In this document: positions 52,777 through 64,000 of the stretch, piece after piece
Layout of the letters: the number at the start of each line of letters is the position of its first letter
Numbering within the stretch: the first letter of the stretch is position 1
NCBI GenBank assembly: GCA_030704615.1
Contig: CM060733.1
Coordinates: 69,998,001 to 70,062,000, forward strand
DNA: 64,000 nt
Direction: 5' to 3'
Source of the DNA: Takakia lepidozioides
Taxonomy: Eukaryota > Plantae > Bryophyta
Translations under genes and position numbers: made by a program
The notes under the pieces: generated by a model
What the model saw: only the letters and a program-made list of their open reading frames with translations
Database searches by the model: none
Told to the model about the DNA's origin: nothing

Positions 52777-53346
52777 TTATTCAACAGAAATAAAACACAA
52801 TTTCATACAGAAGTGAGGTACGATGGGTTTATTGATCGGACACGATTGTCTCACATTACACACTGCAGACAAAACTAAGCCCTTCCTCCTTCTACATGGG
52901 CTTTCACCAAAGTCGACGGGAACTTCAATACCCCTCAAAACAAGCTCATCACTGCTGGCGGCACCCTGAGGGGTAAACTGCAATTCGGTCGTTCTGCTGC
53001 CCTTGCTGGAGACGACGACAATTTCATGTCCATCAATGATACCACCATCATACATTGACAAGGTCTCATTGGGGCCTATGTGCCGGTGCGATTCGTCTTC
53101 GCAACTCAGCCGAATGTCTCCATACACTGGAAAGAGCGGAGTGAGTGATCGCAAGTATATAGTTTTCCCCGGTGCGTCCTCCCTGGTCCACTGGCAGCGT
53201 TCCAAGCGCCAAAAGCGAGGCCGTGCGTGATCTGTCCGGCATCCATTTCCAGCTTGGTATATCGAGGTCAACAATTTCAGGACCCACGGACCGCATTGAC
53301 CCTCGCCCTCACCTCCCAAGCGGTTAATAGCCCTCAGATACTCCAT
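52777..53346 (-). CDS. Uncharacterised cargo ORF of the MULE-like element
   Basis: Long open frame (MEYLRAINRLG..) convergent with the MTase gene. No recognisable motif. Confidence 0.3.
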   Translation of the reverse strand: MEYLRAINRLGGEGEGQCGPWVLKLLTSIYQAGNGCRTDHARPRFWRLERCQWTREDAPGKTIYLRSLTPLFPVYGDIRLSCEDESHRHIGPNETLSMYDGGIIDGHEIVVVSSKGSRTTELQFTPQGAASSDELVLRGIEVPVDFGESPCRRRKGLVLSAVCNVRQSCPINKPIVPHFCMKLCFISVE

Positions 53347-54195
53347 TGCGCGCAAAGACTCTTGCTTGATTCCAGCCGGTCTGTGAAAACAGAGAGCCAG
53401 ACAATGATGTCTCCTGATTCTGGTTTGAACATAGCATAATCGTGGCCATGAGAAGGGCAGTCTGTGCTGGATTTCGGCCTGGCGGCACGGCATCCTTGAA
53501 AAAGAGTCGCGGAGTAGACGCTGCAATGACAGCAGCTCCCGGGAGGAGGAGAAAGAGCAGCGCGGTGGCTGGAAAAAGTTAAGCTAACGCTTGCTGAAAT
53601 TCCTCACAAACACTCCAGGGCAGGATTTATTTAAATTCCCCCCTACAGGATCCTGGACCGATGAAGATTGGCTGCTGCATTAGAATGTAGCCGTTTCAGT
53701 TTCCTACCTGCCATGCAAACTATTTGGCAGTCACTGCCAGGTGGGCGATAGCCACTGCGACCACCGAAGAAGTCCCTCATCCACCTCCTCTTGATTGTAA
53801 ATGCGGACGCCGCCGATTTCAATCCGGGGGAGGGACTTCGGTGTGTGGCAGATCTCAAACTATAACTTGTTGATGAGAAAGAGTATGGGTTCATCCACCG
53901 CTGGCGTGATGAACACGTTCCACCTCCGTCGGTGGGTACGTGGGACCCAGATGCTCCATTATTGGAGGCCAGACTGCTCTTCCGCTTCGCATCATTTCCA
54001 AAATCTAAGGGCTTCGTAGCTGTCCGCAAGGTCATTGGCATCCAAGTCGTCCTCAGGTCCTCATTTGCAAGGATGCCGTGCTTTCCGGAACCGGGACGAC
54101 TGCCCATTTGGAGGCATCGATTATGCAATGTATTCGGCCACATCGGGAGACATTGTTATCTGGTACACAGATTACAGAGAAGATACTGGTTCGAT

Positions 54196-57100
54196 TGTGG
54201 AAACATTGGTGGCTTTTGAGTATATCCTAGTGGTTTTTGCTTGAGAATGAGAGAAACCAAGTTGTTATGCAAGGAGCACCGTGGAGCTCTTGGTTGTTAG
54301 AAGCGGAGGCGATGTGGGTTACGAGGTGGTAGACCTTGGCATTCGATCTTCAGCTTCAGAGATGAAAGCACCATGCTGCAGGTAATTCCAGAGCACCTTG
54401 ATGGTTTCAGATTGTGTACATGCATGAGCAAGCACGATTGGGAAGAGGACCAGTCAAGAGCAGGTTATAGTGGCTTTGGTGGCAAAGCTGAGAACTGGAC
54501 TTGGGAATGCGAGCTTTCATTGTGTGAAGGATTGCAAGACCAAGCAAAAGGGCTGATTTGGCTTGGGGCAAATCAGTGCACTTTGTGGAGTATGGTGAGA
54601 TTGGGTTTCAATCTCGAGCTTCAACATTGAGAGGGCTCTTGTCATGGCAAGAGCAGGCTGGAACAGAAGCTAAGAGGTGTGGCAAGGCCATGGAATGTGC
54701 ACCTAGGGTTTCAGAGCTTGGAAGAAGAGCTCTCGCACCAACAAGAGAAGTGTCTTGTGGCTGGAAATGTAAGCCTTAGGGTTTCAGGAGCTTGGCAAAG
54801 GTTGTGGAGTGCTTAGTCTTGTCTTAGAGAGCATCAAGGAGCCAAGGAGCCAAGATAGGGGGCTGATATCTCTGTGTGTGAAGAGGTTGCATGTGTGGAG
54901 CATGTATTCAGCTCATTGAAGCTTCCATCTTAAGCTTGGAGGGCAAGCAAGGAAGAGGGAAGGGCTGACTTCCCTTATGTGAGGGCAATGCATGTGTAGA
55001 GCATGCTATCAGCCTGGTGAAGGCTTGCACTTTCAGGTGTGGGAGTGCAAGAAAGGAAGGAAGGGGCTGGTTTCCCTGTAGGGCATGTGGAGCATGCTTT
55101 CAGCCTGCTGAAGCTTGTATTTTCAGGTTTGTGGGTGCAAGAAATGAAGCAAAGGAGCTGATTCTCTTATGGTGAGAGTGGGGCATGTGTGGAGCATGCC
55201 TTCAGCCCATTGAGGCTCTTGTTTTTCAAGCTTTAGAGAGCTAGAACGGAAGGTCTAGGGCTGGTTTCCACTTGGAGTGAAAGAAAAGCACTTGTAGGGC
55301 CTATGTGAGTTGGGGTTCAACTTCAAGCTTGAAGGGAGCGCAACTCTTGAAGCAGCAGGTGTAGGGGGCTGGAATAGGCTCTAAGACAGATGTTATGGCC
55401 AAAGAGAGTGCTTGAATGAGTGCTCACAAGGGCTGGGAACCAGCAGGGCTTGGTTGTTTGCCATTGAGTTTAGTGGCGTGTTTGGGGAGGCTAAGTGAGA
55501 AAGAAGGCTTGGTTGTGGCAACCACCTCATGGCTTAGGGCTACTATGGTGGTGTGTGGGAGCCGAAAGAGCAAGAATACCTTGCTGATTTCCTCACAGCC
55601 ACCATAGCTCGGTGGAAAGAAGCCTAAAGTCCAAGAGACACAAACCCTAGCTTGGCGTGGCTAAACCCCTTGGAGAAATGGCTAAACTGCCAGAGCGGCC
55701 ATGGATGGGGCTGTGCCCGTGGCCTTTGGGGCCGTGATGGGCTGTGAGGGGCTGTGACAGGCCGTGCCTGAGGTCTTTGGGGCTGTGACGGGCTGTGAGG
55801 GGCTGTGACAGGCCGTGCCTGAGGCCTTTGGGGCTGTGACGGGCTGTGACGGGCTGTGTCAAGCCGTGCCTGAGGCCTTTGGGGCTGTGAGGGGCTGTGT
55901 CAAGCCGTGCCTGAGGCCTTTGGGGCTGTGAGGGGCTGTGCCGGGCTGCGCCGGTGGCCTTCAGGGCTGTGACGGGCTGTGGGGTGGCCTTCGGGCTGTG
56001 ACGGGCTGTGAGGGGCTGTCACGGGCTGCGCCGGTGGCCTTCGGGGCTGTGACGGGCTGTGAGGGCCTGTGAGGGCCTGTGCCGGTGGCCTCGAGGTTGT
56101 GACGGGCTGTGAGGGCCTGTGACGGGCTACGCCGGTGGCCTTGGGGGCTGTGATGGGCTGTGAGGGCTGTGCCCAGTGGCCTGTGGGGTTGTGACGGGCT
56201 CTAAAGGGCTGTGTCAGGCCGTGCCTGAGGCATTGGGGCTGTGAGGGGCTGTGACAGGCTGTGCCCAGTGGCCTGTGGGGCTGTGATGGGGCTGTGACAG
56301 GCTGTGCCCAGTGGCCTGTGGGGCTGTGACGGGCTGTGACAGGCTGTGCCCGTGGCCTTTGGGGCTGTGATGGGCTGTGACAGGCTGTGCCCAGTGGCTT
56401 GTGGGGCTGTGACGGGCTGTGCGGGGCTGTGACAGGCTGTGCCCAGTGGCCTGTGGGACTGTGACGGGCTGTGTGACAGGCTGTGGCGAGCTGTGACGGG
56501 CTGTGCGGGGCTGTAACGGGCTGTGACAGGCTGTGACGAGCTGTGACGGGCTATGAGGGGCTGTGACAGGCTGTGCCCAGTGGCCAGTGGGACTGTGACG
56601 GCTGTGACCAGTGAGCTGTGTGGGCCTGTGCTGGTCTGTGGTGGCCCGTGTTGACCTGTGGACGGCCTGTGCTGACTCGTGGAGGCACTGGTGGACTGCT
56701 AAGGACTGGCATGTGGTCTTGAAGGCCGAATTTTGAAGCTCGTGGAGGGCGGTTTGAGGAGTATCTTCATGATATTCCCATGGTCATGCAAGTGAGGGAA
56801 GAGAGGAAAGGAAGAGTGTTGGGATGAGGGCATGCTGGGGTTAGGCATTGCTTTAGCTTCTCTTCCTCGTCGTTTCCACCCTCTCATTAGGCCAAGACCT
56901 TTCCGTAGGTGGAGACAAGAGTCAGTCCGGGTTTGGGCTGGGGTGTCATTGCAGGAGCAACACCGTGGAGTTGTTTTTGGTGTGGGGGAGTTGTCGTTAT
57001 GATTTCTTGTGTTTGGATCCCCTCCATACCTGCATGCTTGACTGTGCGCCATGCTAGTTTTGTGTGGGCGCTTGTTTTTATAGGTGATTGGTCCGGATTT

Positions 57101-57289
57101 GATCACCGACCAGTCCTAGAGCATGCTGTCGATGGTGAGGCTGGGGTGATGACCAGCCAGACCATCATTGTTTCTCCTGTGGTGAGGTTGGAGGTGATGA
57201 CCAGCCAACCATAGGAGTGCTTGCGGTGGATGCAGGTACAGGTGTAGGCTATGTTAGGAACTTAGTATTCCAAACCATAAGCCGCAACA
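54196..57289 (+). repeat. Putative ~3.1-kb 5' LTR of the DNMT-gypsy element
   Basis: Abrupt compositional change at TGTGG (54196). Ends CCGCAACA just before gag. The second LTR is not in the window. Confidence 0.5.
55700..56660 (+). repeat. GGGCTGTGAC-type ~10-bp minisatellite inside the putative LTR
   Basis: Dozens of GGGCTGTGAC/GGGCTGTGAG/AGGCTGTGCC units with higher-order variants. Confidence 0.95.
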
Positions 57290-57305
57290 GGTTCTCTAAC
57301 CTCTT

Positions 57306-58858
57306 GTGTCTTCTACAGAAGGTTCTGATTCGGATTGTGAATCAGGAGGACTCATACCGGCGGTGCAAGTTGTTTCTTTGCCATTGTTGTGGGACACAAT
57401 GGAGGAGATGTATGGAGCTATCAAGGGGCCACGAAGGTACTCTAGGGCGGTGGGCACCATCGAGTTGGATGATTTTATCCAAGAGTTTGATAGTTGGTGT
57501 GATTTGCAGCAAATGCGCAATCCACAACTATTTACGCCTTTCATGGCATGGAAGGGGCTGTTTCAGCACCTTGAGGGGCCGCCTATGGATGATTACCATG
57601 AGTTCAGGCGGGGGCATGAGGTTGAGATCGAGGAGTGGAGGATGTACTGGTCACCCGACTATGTCTCCATCACTAGGGGCACTAGAGCCACGAGGGCAGT
57701 GGCTACACCTGCCGCTGCACCGGCAGCTTCAGCAAGTAGCAGTGGGACTAGTGGGACTGGTGGTACAGTAGCTACAACGTCCACCCAAGCCACTACCGCA
57801 CCAGCACTAGCACCCATGCCTGCCTTCAACCCTGTTGTGGAGTTCTTCGAAGAGTTGAGAGGGAACTACCAAGGGGTGAGGACAGAGAAGTTGCGAAGCT
57901 TGCAAGAGTTCCAACGGAAGCCGACCGAGAGCTTGAGGGAGGCTTTCACTCGCATGAGGCGCTTGATAAATGTAACCCAAGGGGTTACGGAAGCTCAGGC
58001 AGTCCAATTCTGGTATGGGATATTGGACTACGGGATGCAACTCTCCTACAAGCGGCCCAACCCACCTTAGCAAATGTGTTTTTGCTAGCAGAGCGGATAG
58101 AGCTCACCATGGTGGAGGAACGAATGGTCATGGTGGGATTTGCTAAGGAGACGCCATGGGGTAGTGATGCTCTTAGCCAACCACTACCTCAACGTGCTCA
58201 AGGCAACAAGGGGGCTCAGGTGAAGCTCAGGGAAGGGCAGAGAGGACCTCAGATGCAGGGGTCTCTCCCTTTATTTGCTGGCCAACAACGGGCGGATGTG
58301 GTGTGTTGGACATGTGGAGGACCCCATGTCAAGAAGGATTGCCCAGATGGAGGCAAAGGGTCGGCACATGCACAGCCTACACAGTTGTAGTGTGGGCATT
58401 GTGGCAAGTACGGGCATAGAGAGGCCCAGTGTTATGGTTTGCATCATGAGTTGCACCCAGGCCAGTTCCAAGGGAACAATGGTGGCTGGGGGCAAGGTGG
58501 AGCAGCCCAGAGAGGACGAGGTGGCCAGCCACGAGGTGCAGGCCAAGGGCAAGCTCAACGTGGCCAAGGACGCGGAGGTCAGGGTGTTGACCAAGGCATG
58601 GCCAACCGGCTTCAGCAGCTAGAGCATACGCTCGTTGCCATGGCTACAGCTCGGGTGGTACCGGCTCTAAGGCCGGATGGTCCACCTCCTGCTCCTGAGG
58701 GAGGAGATATGGGAGGCATGGGATTCAAGTGTGGAGCAGCACTACCACTAGTGCAGGTGGAGTCTGCTGCAGCCGTGACTCGAGGAGCAACACGAGTTCC
58801 TGAGCCACGAGGTGCAGAGGTGGAGTTGGATCCACAGCGTGGGGAGGCAAGCCGTTAG
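57306..58858 (+). pseudogene. gag: gag with two zinc knuckles
   Basis: LRSLQEFQRKPTESLREAFTRMRRL; CWTCGGPHVKKDC and CGHCGKYGHREAQC; Gly/Arg-rich tail. Frameshift near 58040 and TAG stops. Confidence 0.85.
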
Positions 58859-61800
58859 GCTAGGCTTCCTCAGTCATTTACATTGGCAGAGACAGTGTCG
58901 GCGCCATCCATGGCACCTAGTTCTCGCCCGACGGTTACCGAGGCGGAGGTTACAATGCCATTGGGGAGAGCTACACGGGTAGCACCACTACCTAGTGTTG
59001 CCAAGGCTACGGCAGCTAGTGTGCTGCTAGGAGCGGCCACATCTGTGTGCCAGGCTCCATTGTTCTCGGCTACCATGATTGCGACGCCAGGGGTAAAACC
59101 AGCTGAGGTGTTCAGGCTGGCAGCTACACTTTGTGAGAGTGGGGAGGTTACTTCATCTTCTGCGGAGATAGTGGGAGGTGTAGTGCCGGAGGGATCCTCG
59201 GATTTGAGGGTCAAGACTGCCACGGCGGCGCCATGGCAAGCTGCAGCTGCCAGGTTGATGGAGCTGCCAGCTAGGCCAGCCATTGAGCGCGCCATGGTGA
59301 CACCTGGAGTTGTCATATTAGACAACCAGGATGACATTTTCTGTTTGAGTGGACCGGCAGGCAAGAGGTACTGGCCACTGCGGGTCTTGTTGGACTCGGG
59401 AGCTCAGCCATTGATGCTGGGCAGAGCTGCTATTGCAGGCTTGGGCCTCACGGAGGCGGATATGGAGCATTGTCCTTTCCAGATACATACGTCTCTGGGA
59501 GGATCGGAGCAGGCTCGAGGCATGACACGACGTGAGTTGGCTATCAGACTACGGCCGGATCACCCTACAGATGGCTCAGTGATGCGAGCCAAGGCCATTG
59601 TGACAGACGCAGTCTCATACGATGTCATGGTTGGTGGGGCAGTGTTGTACCCTATGGGCTTCACCCTGGATTTTTGGGAGGAGTCAGCTTCCTATAGGCC
59701 TGCATGGCAATCAGGGAAGGGCCAACGTGTGCAGCTCCCTGTGACGTTCATAGGAGGAGTTGCGGTTGCCCAGCGAGGCAAGATGCCGACACTAGCAGCA
59801 TTCACAGCGGCAGTGAGTTGGCCTAAAGAGTTGCTTGAGGGCAACGCTCATTCAGAGGATGTGCCACCTCCGGGAGAGCAGGATGACATGTATGGTATGG
59901 CGGAGTTACCTACCATGGTTGCTCAGACTCCATTGTGGGGCACGAGCAAGGATTTGCAGCGGGATGCTGATCGACGGGTGCAACAAGCCTGGGTGGAGGC
60001 TTTTGTACCGTCAAGAGAGGAGGAGAGTGCGGGGATTGCACCAAGACCACCTCAGTTGTCTCCATTGGACACCACACCTATTGTGTGGCAGTATCCGGAT
60101 GAAGACATTTGTCTTCTGGACTTGTTTGGCGGGATCAGCACCGGATTGGCTTCTGTGTTACAGGCAGGTGTACGAGTTTTGCGTTACCTGTATGTGGAGA
60201 GGGATGAGACTGCACGACGCATTTCACTTCGTCATGTTGCTCAGTTGGTGCAGCGATACCCTGAGTTGTTGTCGGTGTCTGCAATTCGTGGATATCAGCA
60301 GGCCTTGCCAGCAGACATTTCGTTGCTGGGGGCGCAGGATTTGGAGCGGGTTGGCTCCATTGATCTGGTAATGGCAGGTTGGCCCTGCCAAGGGCATTCA
60401 TCAGCCGGGCATGGCAATGGATTGCGAGACTCAAGGTCGGGTCTGTTTTGGGAGATGGTGCGGGTTTTGCGCCACTTGCAGCTTCATCAAGCTGTATCTC
60501 TAGCATACATCTTGGAGAATGTGCCACTGATGGGTAATTCTCGGGCCAGGGTGATGGCCAGTGTGCATCAAGTCCGGTCGTGGCTTGGGTCAACAGTGTT
60601 GCTAGATGCAGCTACAGTAGGGTCACGGGCTCATCGACCACGGCTATGGTGGACTAACTTGATGCCACCCGCATTGCTCAAGCGTGCATTTGATGGGGTG
60701 CAGCGGCCAGCACATCTCACAGTGGATAGCATTCTGGACACAGGGAGGCAGTCTCAGCGTGTGAGACACGATGACCGTTCGCCCTTGGCAGTGGTCAACA
60801 AGGTGGGTCAACCACGAGCAGCATTACCTACACTGCTCAGCTTCCCAGGATCGCATGCTTTCCGGGATAGTGGACCTGGCCTCCTGTGGGATGCTTAGTT
60901 GCAGCAGTTAGTGGAGCCTAATGCTGATGAGCGTGAGCGGGCAATGGGTTTTACCACTGGTACCACGGCGGTGTCGTCTCTTTCTGAGGCATCACGTCGT
61001 CAAGTGTTGGGGCAAGCAATGGATCTCAATTGCTTGACCTGGATTATCAGCTTGGCTCTGGCTGAGCAACGCAGAGTGCGGAGTACACTTCCCTCGATGG
61101 TCTCTCTACCTACCGAGACGGTACAGGCAGTGAGTGGGGGCGAGCATGTGAGGACCACGGGGTGCATGCATCCATGGCACACGTGGGAGGTGCTCGAGGT
61201 TCAGATAGTTGGCAGCCAAGGCGGCTGTGATGGATGAGGTTGGGGATTCTTCTTGGGTTGAGGAGGTCCTCAAGGATGAGATGATGGGGCAGGATGAGGC
61301 CTTGTCATTGAGTGAGCAGGCAGGGAGTACTGCTCAACAGGTTGCAACATAGCAACCACTGGACGCGTCCTCTACCTCTAAGCCCACTGGACTTAAGGTT
61401 GCAGTTATGGAGAACAATTGGGAGCCTGACATTGGACCCATTGTCACCGGAGGAGAGAGACGGCATATACGGCGGTTCCTGAGGGCTTATAGGAATTGCT
61501 TTGCCTTCAGTTTGAAGGACTTGGGAGCACTGAAGGGTCAAGAGATCCGTATTGAGTTGGCCACTGACACGCCAATCTTTCGGAGACCCTATAGATACAG
61601 TGACATGGAGAGGTCTTTGATTCAGATGAGGACTCAAGATCTCTGGGAGGCAGGTTTGGTGGAGCTCTCTGGTGGAGAGTATGCTTCAGCCACAGTGATG
61701 CCAGCCAAGAAGGATGTCTATGGCAATTGGATGGAGAGACGTATGTGCGGTGATTACCGGCCTGTAAATCATCAGACCAAGTCCGATAAGTATGCCATGC

Positions 61801-64000
61801 CCACACCAGAGAAGATCTTTGATGCCATCGGGCATGCTAAGGTCTTTAGCACTTTGGATTTACGATCCGGATATCACCAGTTGCCAATCAAGGAGGCGGA
61901 CAAGCAGAAGACGGCATTCTGGGGGATCAATGAGCATGGCAAGGATTGCCTATATCAGTGGCGGTTCTTACCATTTGGGCTTAAGAATGCTCCTGCAGAG
62001 TTCAGAAAGTCATGGATAGAATTCTAGCAGGGGTGGACTTTGCTCGGTGCTACATAGATGACATCATCATCTTTAGTGTTACGATGGAGGAGCATGAGAG
62101 ACACCTTCAGGTGGTATTGGAGCGCTTGAGAGCGCACGAATTGAAGTTACATCCGGGGAAGTGCAAGTTTTTCCACAACCAGATTGAGTATCTGGGTCAC
62201 ATGATATATCCTGGAGGATTGGGGGTACAACAGACTAAGGTAGAGGCCATTGCACAAATTCCACGCCCCACGGATGTGAGCCGAGTTCGAGCTTTCATGG
62301 GGTTGGCAAACTATTATAGACGGTTTGTCAAGGGATTTAGTACCATTACAAAGGCTCTAACCAAGCTGACCAAGGTGGACCAGGAGTGGCAGTGGGAAGA
62401 TGAGCAGGAACGAGCTTTTCAAGAGCTCAAGGCGAGGTTGACCTCGGCGCCTATCCTGAGACGACCTATCAGGGGGCGTCCTTTTCAGCTGCATACGGAT
62501 TAGAGCATGCTGGGGCTTGGAGCGGTGCTCACACAGGTGGATGATGAGGGAAGAGAGTTCGTAGTGGCTTATGCTAGCCGCTCGAACAACGCTGCAGAGG
62601 CTAAGTACAGCTCATATGAGGGAGAGTGCTTAGCTGCAGTGTTGTGTGGCACACTTCAAGTGCTATCTATACGGCAATCTTTTCACCCTTGTCACGGATC
62701 ACCAGCCACTCAAGTGGTTGATGGAGTCAGACAAGCTTACGGGGAAGCTTTCACGGTGGGCACTCATACTCCAGGAGTATGACTTTCAGGTTGTGCATCG
62801 ACCGGGTTTGGTCAATCGGGATGCGGATGGATTGAGTCGCAATCCATGCATGAGCCAGCAGGATGACACTGGAGCTCGGTGGCATGGTGAGACGGACGAG
62901 GAGATGGTGCCGGGATGGCACGCATCTGCATTTTTGTGTATCTTGGCATCGGGAGGTCAGGTTGGACCTACAACAGGGATGACTGTAGACGGAGTGTCTG
63001 AGGACCCTGAGGCTAGTGATGAGCCAGGTGGTGCCAGAGATATACATGAGGATTCGGCTGTGTTGGACTACCTCCGCACTGGAGACACGGCAGCCACTGT
63101 GACTGCCAGGGAGAGGGATCGGATCCTGCAACGAGCCAAGAGGTTCAAGTGGGAGGGGATACACCTACTTCAAGTGTGGGAGGATGGTCGGGTGAGGATT
63201 GTGCCTCACCCCACAGAGCGTGCACGGTTGGTGCGGCATGCCCATGAGGAGTTGGGGCATTTTGGAGTGCGACGCACTCACAGTTTACTGCAAGGGCAAT
63301 ATTGGTGGCGTGGTATGCATACAGAGGTACAACAGTTCGTGGCTAGGTGCATGGTGTGTGACAGGGTGCATGCTTCATTCAACACCCCTACACCACAATT
63401 GCATCATTTACCAATCATGGGATTGGGCTACAGGTGGAGTCTTGACTTCGCAGGACCGTTGCCACTGACTATGCGCCACCACAGATATGTGTTGGTGATG
63501 GTAGAGCACTTCTCCAAGTGGATTGAGTTGGTTCCATTGCCTGACAAGGCTAGTGAGGGGGCTGCGTATGCATTCTTGGATCGTGTGCTTAGCCGATTTG
63601 ATGCTCCAGCTGAGGTACTCACGGACCAAGGGAGAGAGTTCTTGGGGGAGTTTCAGGCTTTGTGTGATAAAGCCTTGATAGACCACCACACCACTTCTCG
63701 GGATCATCCTGAGGCCGATGGCTTAGCAGAGAGAGTTGTTCAGACGGTGAAGAGGGGTTTGCGCAAGTATGGCTTGCATAAGGGACACCTAGGAGATTGG
63801 GATCTTCAGGTTCCTTGGTTAGCCATGGGCTACAGGTTCAGCAAACAAGCATCACTTGCCTCCTTCTCACCATATTTCCTTCTCTTTGGCCGAGAGCCGG
63901 ATTTGCCTGCAGCCATTCGTAGGGACATTGCTCAAGTCCTTAACCTTGACGATCCGGATGTGGGGGTACGTGCATGTGATCAGCGTGCAAAGTTGTTCAA
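58859..64000 (+). pseudogene. pol: pol: protease, DNMT, RT, RNase H, integrase (partial)
   Basis: LDSGA; RMCGDYRPVN, LDLRSGYHQ, LPFGLKNAP, YIDD; [15 protein letters not shown]; HEELGHFG..CMVC, SLDFAGP, VLTDQG, AERVVQ. Confidence 0.92.
60101..61060 (+). pseudogene. C5 DNA cytosine methyltransferase domain (DNMT3-like motifs) embedded in pol
   Basis: Motif I LLDLFGGISTG, II YVERD, IV IDLVMAGWPCQGHS, VI YILENV, VIII HRPRLWWTNL, IX ERERAMGF, X RRQVLGQAMD. Same frame as the protease (VLLDSGAQ). One TAG at 60896. Confidence 0.93.

Larger units (their letters stand above)
38291..54195. mobile_element. Giant Mutator-like (MULE) DNA element with cargo genes; termini not visible, both sides interrupted by LTR elements
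   Basis: DDE/SWIM transposase gene, a divergent ParB-like+MTase gene and further ORFs, unified by the GGAAATGCGGCGCCGCATTTCC palindrome recurring from 38340 to 52640. Confidence 0.65.
54196..64000 (+). mobile_element. Ty3/gypsy LTR retrotransposon encoding a C5 cytosine methyltransferase in pol; runs off the window
   Basis: Putative LTR followed by gag, PR, DNMT, RT, RH and INT in order. Confidence 0.92.

Overview
Eukaryotic nuclear DNA, most likely from a non-seed land plant (inferred from an intron-containing plastid-targeted SufB, a GONST3-type transporter and plant tRNA primer sites). Host genes are confined to about 5-11 kb: an intact 3-exon SufB and a pseudogenised GONST3/GGLT1-like transporter. 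The rest is nested mobile DNA. It includes a LINE ORF1 remnant, two related Ty3/gypsy elements with 3.3-3.6 kb LTRs and an Athila-like fragment. It also includes a >15 kb Mutator-like element and a Ty3/gypsy element whose pol carries a full C5 DNA methyltransferase between protease and RT. The most striking object is the Mutator-like element. A DDE/SWIM transposase gene lies head-to-head with a multi-exon gene fusing a ParB-like domain to a beta-class (N4C/N6A) amino-methyltransferase. The two genes are separated by an array of 22-bp palindromes spaced about 53 bp apart. A second ParB-like gene and a second palindrome array with a different sequence occur elsewhere in the window. All TE genes are degenerate. 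Domain calls are by-eye motif recognition and need HMM or structure confirmation.
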